Positions 57,994 through 64,000 of a DNA stretch of 64,000 nucleotides are shown piece by piece. Made by a program: the position numbers and the translations under genes. The first letter of the stretch is position 1. Each line of letters starts with the position of its first letter. Source of the stretch: Thermoproteota archaeon (lineage in GTDB: Archaea > Korarchaeota > Korarchaeia > Korarchaeales > Korarchaeaceae); assembly GCA_026986575.1 (NCBI GenBank), contig JALSOH010000004.1, positions 352,001-416,000 of the forward strand. Reading direction: 5' to 3'. Below the pieces are notes generated by a model. The model saw only the letters and a list, made by a program, of their open reading frames with translations. It was not told where the DNA came from and did not search any database.

Positions 57994-58673
57994 AGGACAT
58001 CCCCCAGTACCATCACCACGGCCGATACTATGGGTACCGTAAGATTATCGTCTAACTTCGGCCACCTCTCCACCAGAGTGGCCACGATAGCGGCTATAGC
58101 ACCAATGTACCCCTTGTAAAAGAATCCTATAGGCAGAGAGACTAGAAGCATGGCCACGCTACCCGCAGCTCCCTTACTCCACCTCTTATAGACGATGCTC
58201 CTGACTATACCAGTTACTCCATCGCCCACCGACATGAACAGCGCTGCAGCAACGCCCGCGCTCAGGTCTACGTACCAAAGTCCCACTATAACCAGTGTCC
58301 ATGTGATGCAGAAGTAAACCTCTCCCAGATTGCCCTCCACTTGGAACCAGTCGAACCTCTCCCCCCTTAGCCTAGGAATCAGAGTTAGCACGATCATCCC
58401 GACACCGCCTATAAGTGGTATCGCCGGGGACTTGAAGAGATAAGGTGTCAGAACAGCCACTAGCCCGCCAGACAGTATGTGTATAACTTTCCTAGCTACG
58501 TAGAGGTTTTGCCATCCGGCTACCTTCTTGGATATCCAGAACACTACTACAGAAATCCAGACGACCAAGATGAACAACCAGAGAATCTCGTCAATGCTGG
58601 GACTCCAATACCAAAGAGCTATGGTCGACACGAGCAGTGACGCCAGCAGGATGATGGGTATCTCCGCTCTCAT
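57987..58673 (-). CDS. Dolichol/phytol-kinase-like membrane protein
   Basis: RKVIH, GDG..GIV, K...GS, DDNL.VP; start at ATG 58673 downstream of TTTATA. Confidence 0.8.
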   Translation of the reverse strand: MRAEIPIILLASLLVSTIALWYWSPSIDEILWLFILVVWISVVVFWISKKVAGWQNLYVARKVIHILSGGLVAVLTPYLFKSPAIPLIGGVGMIVLTLIPRLRGERFDWFQVEGNLGEVYFCITWTLVIVGLWYVDLSAGVAAALFMSVGDGVTGIVRSIVYKRWSKGAAGSVAMLLVSLPIGFFYKGYIGAIAAIVATLVERWPKLDDNLTVPIVSAVVMVLGDVLW

Positions 58674-58733
58674 CCACGAGGGTCCGGTTGACTCTATACT
58701 ATAAAGTCCCCGCACGATCAGTCGATCGAATGA

Positions 58734-58816
58734 AGGGGGTCAGGGGAGGACCACATCATCATCGCCTCCGGGGAGCTCAAAAGGGTAAGGTAAGCCGGCC
58801 GGCCCTCATCCCCCCT
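58734..58816 (-). ncRNA. C/D-box guide sRNA
   Basis: AGGGGG/CCCCCU terminal stem; C AUGAGG, C' AUGAUGA, D CUGA; D guide complementary to 16S GGGAGGACCAC. Confidence 0.82.
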
Positions 58817-58873
58817 GTTGAGTGTGCGTCCTCTTATGTAATCTTTATCGCTTGAAAAAGAAGTGGATGTATC

Positions 58874-59254
58874 ATGGCTGAGGAGTCCCTCCCACCAAGT
58901 CTGGGGAAAGTGCTTAAAAAGCTCGACAGAGGAGAGGAAGTGAGCGATAAGGAGTTATCTAATGCCTTCGCTGAGCTCAGGAGAGATTTCTTCAAAGTAG
59001 GAGAAGTTCTACTCTCTACGAGATTATCCCTATATGAGATGATCAGGTTGGGCATAGAGACGGCGGACGAGGACCTATTTCTCGCATGCGAAGAGCACGA
59101 TTCCCTGAGGAGGATCGTCTACAAGGTCGTGAGGATGATGAGCGGGGAGAGTTTGGAGAAGGCATCCAAGGAGATACTCTCCAAGGACTTGGAAAGGACC
59201 CTCTTGGGTGCGTTCATAATGAGAAGATTGGGTGGTCGGGGCGGGGGGACTTGA
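58874..59254 (+). CDS. Hypothetical helical protein
   Basis: 126-aa ORF with host-like codon usage; 3' end overlaps tRNA-Tyr. Confidence 0.65.
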   Translation: MAEESLPPSLGKVLKKLDRGEEVSDKELSNAFAELRRDFFKVGEVLLSTRLSLYEMIRLGIETADEDLFLACEEHDSLRRIVYKVVRMMSGESLEKASKEILSKDLERTLLGAFIMRRLGGRGGGT

Positions 59255-59352
59255 ACCCCCGACCTGCCGGTATCTGTGAGAGCGGGCCGCTGACGGAGCG
59301 CCGCCCGGCGCCCTCTACAGCCGGCCGCTCTGCCAGGCTGAGCTACGCCCCG
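59233..59352 (-). tRNA. tRNA-Tyr(GUA) with a 43-nt intron at 37/38 (59272-59314), CCA encoded
   Basis: Full cloverleaf, C1:G72, A73, anticodon GTA at 59316-59318, BHB with CUGU/ACAG helix and AGA/AUA bulges. Confidence 0.97.
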
Positions 59353-59409
59353 CCACCTAGATGAGTGCAACCCCTCTATATTAATTTTACAGTCCGAGCT
59401 GCGCGACAG

Positions 59410-59931
59410 TCACGACAACTCTCCGAGGGAGACCTCTATGTCCATCTGAGCTGCGACCCTCTGGAAGATCTCAAAGTCCTCGTTGCTCCAAGCGACCAGC
59501 ACTACCTCCTCCAGACTAGATTTAAGGGCCTTCTCTAGTATTACCCTCACCGCCACCTCTACGGGTACCCCTCCGACTCCCGCTCCCATGGCTGGAAATG
59601 CCACGCTCTTAAGGCCCAGCTCCTCAGCCTTCTCAAGTGCAGCCCTCACGGCCTTCCTCACGAACTCAGGACTGCTCTTCCCACCTGGAGACTCCACTGT
59701 GGGCGCATGGATGACGTATTTGGCCTTGAGCTTTCCGGCCGAAGTCTCCACAGCCTCACCGATCCTTACAGGGGCTTTTTTCAGGGCCTCCTCTTGGATC
59801 TCTTCACCACCCTTCCTTCTTATCGCACCGGCAACGCCTCCGCCCATGACGAGCTGGACATTGGCCGGATTCACCAAAGCGTCAACCTCCACCTCGGTGA
59901 TGTCGCCATGCACTATCATTATTCTCGGCAT
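59410..59931 (-). CDS. Macro domain (ADP-ribose-binding) protein
   Basis: GDIT, VNPAN, GGGVAGAI, VIHA, FPAMGAGVGG. Confidence 0.94.
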   Translation of the reverse strand: MPRIMIVHGDITEVEVDALVNPANVQLVMGGGVAGAIRRKGGEEIQEEALKKAPVRIGEAVETSAGKLKAKYVIHAPTVESPGGKSSPEFVRKAVRAALEKAEELGLKSVAFPAMGAGVGGVPVEVAVRVILEKALKSSLEEVVLVAWSNEDFEIFQRVAAQMDIEVSLGELS

Positions 59932-59968
59932 GGGACTATACCCCTAGTATAGTCAGGGAATGAGAAAT

Positions 59969-60262
59969 TTAGAGATTGAGCTCCCCAGGCCTTAGCATCC
60001 GGGGGACACCTGCTTCTATCGGGTATTCTGCACCACAGTTCTCGCAGATTAGCTTGCCGGACACCACCTCCTTACTCATGCACTCCATGCACAGGGATGG
60101 ATCACTAGGCTCACCTCCCGAGAAAGCGCACCATTTCTCGCAGAGGGGCTTCTCTGGTTTACTGGGCAATCCCTCCACCGATTCCTCCCTCTCAACAACC
60201 AGCTTCAGGGGGAAGTGATGGCATTCCGGGCATGCCAAGAGGTCCAGCAATCTCCTCCTCAA
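59969..60262 (-). CDS. trm112: Trm112-family methyltransferase activator
   Basis: LLDLLACP.C..FPL, L.C..C...YPI..GVP.ML. Confidence 0.9.
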   Translation of the reverse strand: MRRRLLDLLACPECHHFPLKLVVEREESVEGLPSKPEKPLCEKWCAFSGGEPSDPSLCMECMSKEVVSGKLICENCGAEYPIEAGVPRMLRPGELNL

Positions 60263-60948
60263 GCGATCACCTTCAGGAGATCAGGTAACTCCTCTAGGCT
60301 TTTAATCATGCCATCCGCCTCGGGTCTCTGGACGCCCTCTCTCACGACCCATATCGCCCTCATACCGGCCTTCTTGGCACCCTCGATGTCCTCATAGGGG
60401 GAATCTCCGATCATCACAGCTTCCTCGGGTCGGGCACCCATCACCTCCAGTGCGCGCATGAATATATCTCTGATAGGCTTCCTGACCCCGACCCTGTGCG
60501 ATGAAACGATGACTTGGAAGAAGTCGAGTAGACCGTCCCTCCTTAACCTCTCCATCACCATGTCGTGGTAGGGTGTGTTGGATACTACCGCCAACTCGTA
60601 TCTCGAGGACAGCTCATTCAATACCTCCCTAGCCCCCGGTTTCAAGGTGGTTAAATCCAACATCGGTGAAGCGTACGCCCTCAGGTGCTCATCTCTCACA
60701 TCCTCAACCCCCAAGAAACTCAAGAAGGATTCTAGCTCCAGAGTAGCGGGTATTTCAATGCAACTGGCCCTCCTCCTACTGTCGAATGCGTTGAAGAGCC
60801 TCCTGTAGAAATTGAAGGCTTTCTCCTCGATGTCAGGATCCTCTATGCCCTCCACTCTCAGTATGTTCCTGACCCTATACCTGTAGTAGAGATCCAAGTC
60901 CGGAGGATCGATGATAGTCCTCCAGAAATCGAAGAGGAGGTAAAGCAT
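60259..60948 (-). CDS. HAD-superfamily hydrolase
   Basis: FDFW.T, VSN, RKP, IGDS...DI.GA. Confidence 0.88.
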   Translation of the reverse strand: MLYLLFDFWRTIIDPPDLDLYYRYRVRNILRVEGIEDPDIEEKAFNFYRRLFNAFDSRRRASCIEIPATLELESFLSFLGVEDVRDEHLRAYASPMLDLTTLKPGAREVLNELSSRYELAVVSNTPYHDMVMERLRRDGLLDFFQVIVSSHRVGVRKPIRDIFMRALEVMGARPEEAVMIGDSPYEDIEGAKKAGMRAIWVVREGVQRPEADGMIKSLEELPDLLKVIA

Positions 60949-60996
60949 ATTACTTCGAGGGAGTGGAGGATAATAACTTGGCGGCGAGGTGTTCGA

Positions 60997-61257
60997 ATGT
61001 CAGATCACAAGTACGAATTACAGGTAGTGAAACTGCAGAGGGCAATGAGGGTCCCCAAGGACTACAAGGAGAAACTGAAGGAGCTGTACGGTAACAAAGT
61101 GATATCCAAGTTCTCCAAGGATGCGGTGGACTGCCCGGTGCGAGGCGAGAGGGTGAGCTTCCTCATATGCATGGGGTGTCCCAACTACGTCAGGAGGTTC
61201 AAGGGGTACGTTCACTGCAAGGGAGAACCTCTCGACGAAGGACCAGGAGAGCAATGA
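60997..61257 (+). CDS. Small Cys-rich (probable Zn-binding) hypothetical protein
   Basis: CP....V.F..C..CPN........HC pattern; GAGGTG SD. Confidence 0.7.
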   Translation: MSDHKYELQVVKLQRAMRVPKDYKEKLKELYGNKVISKFSKDAVDCPVRGERVSFLICMGCPNYVRRFKGYVHCKGEPLDEGPGEQ

Positions 61258-61864
61258 GTAGAGCTGTGAGAATCGATGAGGCCAAGGCGAGCATCAGGAG
61301 AGTCATCCAATCAGCCCCCGTAATCCCCTGTGGTCTCCTAACTTCGGGCATCCCTCCTTTCTCAGTTCCAGCTGGTTTTTCCGGGTAGAGGGGAACTGCA
61401 ACTGTTGTGGTTCTCTCCTCCGTCGGTATTGCAGCTGGTCTCGGTCCCATGAGATACCAAGGCATACCAACCATGAATATAGCTACGAGCACGCTAATTA
61501 CTAGACTTTTCACCAATATCTCCTTGGGAGGAAGCGCCCTTCCCAGAATGCTCCTCAAATAACTATCTTTGTCCTCCCTAGTCGTGGGGACGACTAAGAA
61601 GGCCGATGAAGACAGAGTGTAGAGGGTCTTCCTGCCTCTCCTCCCGGCCATCGTTCCTACGGCTCTGATAATGCCCGCCTCCAAGAGCTTGTCGATGTGG
61701 AAAACCACCGTGGTCAGTGGTTGATTCAGCTCCTTGGCCAGATCGTTTGGACTCTTAGGATACTCCCTGAGTGAGGCGATGATCCTCCTTCCCAGCTCAT
61801 TAGCTATCTCCTGTCCGAAGAGCCTCACCCTATCATCATCCAGCGTGAAGATCTCCCAGTCCAT
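61199..61864 (-). CDS. ArsR-like wHTH regulator with two C-terminal TM helices
   Basis: N..GRRI...L, SP.DLAKEL, V.FHIDKL.EAG; two hydrophobic segments; start at ATG 61864. Confidence 0.8.
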   Translation of the reverse strand: MDWEIFTLDDDRVRLFGQEIANELGRRIIASLREYPKSPNDLAKELNQPLTTVVFHIDKLLEAGIIRAVGTMAGRRGRKTLYTLSSSAFLVVPTTREDKDSYLRSILGRALPPKEILVKSLVISVLVAIFMVGMPWYLMGPRPAAIPTEERTTTVAVPLYPEKPAGTEKGGMPEVRRPQGITGADWMTLLMLALASSILTALLIALLVLRREVLPCSERTP

Positions 61865-61902
61865 CCGAACAAGCGGGCGGGGACCGGATATAAATGGTTG
61901 AG

Positions 61903-62562
61903 TTAACATTCAATACAAGTCGAACCTTTCCACTCTACGAGAATGTCCGCAGCTTCCGAGAGGCTGTCGACCACGTGATCAGCCAGAGACATTATAACCT
62001 CCGATCTAGGCCTAAAAGCGATCTTCTTCCCTATATCCATGCGGAAGACCGATAGATCGCTCTCACCATCCCCCACAAAGGCCACCCTGCGAAGGGGAAC
62101 CCCAAACCTCTTGGCTACATCAGCAAGCTCCTCGGACTTCCTCCCCGGATCCAACTCCCTCAGAATTCCCATAACTCTGCCACCGACAATCTTCAATTCG
62201 GCGGATCTGCAGAAGTCCATCCTCAGCAGGTTGCAGAGTCTCTTGGCAATCACATCTAGACCGGAGCTGATGAGCCCCACCACAAACCCCTCCTCCCTCA
62301 ACCTCCTCACCGCATCCTCCGCGTCCTCAATGGGCCTCAGATTCTCCACCTCTCTCAGCACTATGGAGAAGTCCCTGTCCATCCACGAGGAGACATCCAG
62401 CTCGGCCCATCTCCTGTAGTCGATCTCACCCCTCTCGTACATCCTCCTATACTTGGAGGCGATCTCCTCAGTACCCAGAAGCTTATGTACGAACTCCCAT
62501 GAGCTGTTTATGGGGAGGAGGGTCCCATCCATGTCGAATGCCACCAAATAGATCTCACTCAA
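61903..62562 (-). CDS. HAD-IB phosphoserine-phosphatase-like hydrolase
   Basis: FDMDGT, SSW, SSG, K, GDGESD. Confidence 0.85.
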   Translation of the reverse strand: MSEIYLVAFDMDGTLLPINSSWEFVHKLLGTEEIASKYRRMYERGEIDYRRWAELDVSSWMDRDFSIVLREVENLRPIEDAEDAVRRLREEGFVVGLISSGLDVIAKRLCNLLRMDFCRSAELKIVGGRVMGILRELDPGRKSEELADVAKRFGVPLRRVAFVGDGESDLSVFRMDIGKKIAFRPRSEVIMSLADHVVDSLSEAADILVEWKGSTCIEC

Positions 62563-62809
62563 TACCCAGCACCTCCCTTATCAGGGAGACCGGTACCAAG
62601 AGGAAGTCCCCCTCGACCCTGCAACCCCTCCACTCGAATCCCTCCATGTGATTCATCAGCCTATCATCCCTGCTCTCCCTCTCATAGTATCTGAATAACG
62701 CTCTGAGCTCTATCCTAACGATCTCTTGGTCTCCCACGTTGGAGAGTATTTTAGGACCGTGCACTTTAAGGTATCTCGTCAGCGCATCGATCACGCGCTC
62801 CCTTCCCAT
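62555..62809 (-). CDS. Small hypothetical protein (84 aa)
   Basis: Only the 3' part of the 257-aa ORF (from MGRERV) is outside dhs and has host-like codons; overlaps the next start. Confidence 0.6.
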   Translation of the reverse strand: MGRERVIDALTRYLKVHGPKILSNVGDQEIVRIELRALFRYYERESRDDRLMNHMEGFEWRGCRVEGDFLLVPVSLIREVLGIE

Positions 62810-62854
62810 CGACACCACCTTATTTACGTGGACCATCCCATCTGCTCGATAGGT

Positions 62855-63817
62855 ATGAGGAGGGTCGAGGATATTACCCTGCGCCCCGGAATGACTGCCT
62901 CGGATATAATCAGGGAGATGGAGAAGGCCGGCGGTTTCACCGCTAAATTCGTGGTAGAGGGAGTCAACATCTTGGAGGAAATGGTGATGGACCCCAAGTC
63001 GGTGAACTTTCTCTCCTTCCCTGCGGATGTGGTTTCTACAGGGGTGAGAGGGATACTGGTCGACATGCTGAGGAGGAACCTGTTCGACGTTGTAATAACT
63101 ACTGGGGGCACGATAGACCACGACATCGCTAGGTGCTTCGCTGATTACTACCACGGGAGCTTCGATGCTGACGACTCCGAACTTTACGAGAGGAGGATAC
63201 ACAGGCTGGGGAATGTGTTCATACCCTTCGATAACTACGGGCCCGTGGTGGAGAGGTTCGTGAGGGAAGAGGTACCGAAGATCTTGAGGGAGCCCGGAGG
63301 GAGGATATCCCCCAGCGAGCTGCTCCATAATCTAGGCGAGAAGACGTGTCCTAACTCCATCTTGAGGACGGCCTACGAGGCTAAGGTCCCCATATTCTCC
63401 CCGGGACTCTTGGATTCGTCGTTCGGCACTGCTTTGAGCTTCCTATCCCAAGAAATGGACTTTCACTTAGACTTCATAAGGGACATGCTGAAACTGGCGG
63501 ACCTCTCCTTCACCATGGAGGTGAGCGGGGCCCTAGTCTTAGGAGGCGGCATCTCTAAGCACCACACGATATGGTGGAATCAGTTCAAGGGAGGGCTCGA
63601 CTACGTCGTGTATCTGACCACAGCAGTGGAGTGGGACGGGAGTCTCAGTGGGGCGAGGGAGAGGGAGGCCATAAGCTGGGGCAAGGTCTCCAAGAGGGCG
63701 GCGAGGACATTTATACCTGGAGAAGTGACTGCTCTCCTCCCGCTCATGTACGCGGCGCTCCTCGACAGGATCAGCGACTTCCAGAGGGAAGGAAGGCAAT
63801 TAATCGGGAAGCTTTAA
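62855..63817 (+). CDS. dhs: Deoxyhypusine synthase
   Basis: GGF.A, ITT.G..DHD, RLGNV, GGGISKHH, DGSLSGA...EAISWGK; start at ATG 62855. Confidence 0.95.
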   Translation: MRRVEDITLRPGMTASDIIREMEKAGGFTAKFVVEGVNILEEMVMDPKSVNFLSFPADVVSTGVRGILVDMLRRNLFDVVITTGGTIDHDIARCFADYYHGSFDADDSELYERRIHRLGNVFIPFDNYGPVVERFVREEVPKILREPGGRISPSELLHNLGEKTCPNSILRTAYEAKVPIFSPGLLDSSFGTALSFLSQEMDFHLDFIRDMLKLADLSFTMEVSGALVLGGGISKHHTIWWNQFKGGLDYVVYLTTAVEWDGSLSGAREREAISWGKVSKRAARTFIPGEVTALLPLMYAALLDRISDFQREGRQLIGKL

Positions 63818-63859
63818 AACGGGGTAGCCTCGGGTTGGTCCCGTGAGGAGGGTGGTGCA

Positions 63860-64000
63860 TTGAATCAAGAGCTAGGAATAAAGCTCATGCAGACCAACCA
63901 GAGTGACTGGTTCTCATGGATCTTCTTCCTGATATTCATAACCATCATGCAGTTCTACGCTAGCAAGCTCCAAGCCCAACTATGGATCAACGAGATCAGG
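63860..64000 (+). CDS. 5' part of a membrane protein (possibly DUF1512 family), truncated by window edge
   Basis: TTG after GGAGGGTGG; open frame with a TM segment WIFFLIFITIMQFY followed by KLQ...WINEI. Confidence 0.5.
   Translation, partial: MNQELGIKLMQTNQSDWFSWIFFLIFITIMQFYASKLQAQLWINEIR

Noticed and set aside
59086-59370. 92-aa and 83-aa ORFs over the tRNA
   Set aside because: GC-rich shadows of tRNA-Tyr and its intron.
62810-63328. 5' two-thirds of the 257-aa minus-strand ORF, and the 43-aa extension of the dhs ORF
   Set aside because: They are mutual antisense overlaps; plausible starts are ATG 62809 (-) and ATG 62855 (+), either side of a TATA-like tract.
1-64000. CRISPR arrays, transposases, integrases, proviral genes, inteins
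   Set aside because: No regularly spaced repeats or mobile-element motifs were seen; RadA and both PolBs have normal lengths with no intein signatures.

Overview
Gene-dense core-genome window (about 65 CDS) from a thermophilic archaeon of the TACK group, most likely Korarchaeia. The taxonomy is inferred from S26e, two PolB paralogs, Thg1, GatDE, a fragmented ribosomal operon, a stand-alone 5S rRNA and a BHB tRNA intron. Content is mostly translation and tRNA modification (AspRS, IleRS, ProRS, GatDE, ThiI, Thg1, Trm14-like, Trm112, pelota, DHS, r-proteins), replication and repair (RadA, DnaG, two PolBs, Ogg), an HMGS-thiolase-DUF35 operon, and SdhACDB divergent from a Rieske/cytochrome b operon. 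No mobile element, integrase or CRISPR array was seen. Signals the ORF track misses: (1) rpp29, and perhaps radA, appear to initiate at AUA; (2) two C/D-box guide sRNAs with a variant AUGAGG box C, one complementary to the 16S 5' end; (3) a structured RNA with an ACA tail upstream of dnaG; (4) a 57-aa membrane ORF heading the Rieske/cyt b operon; (5) a homopolymer frameshift in prsW; (6) several apparent pseudo-enzymes (exonuclease-dead PolB, Cys-less thiolase, Ctu2-like TtuA paralog, degenerate DHH and GlcD proteins). All family assignments and rRNA targets come from motif recognition and recalled consensus sequences, not from database searches.
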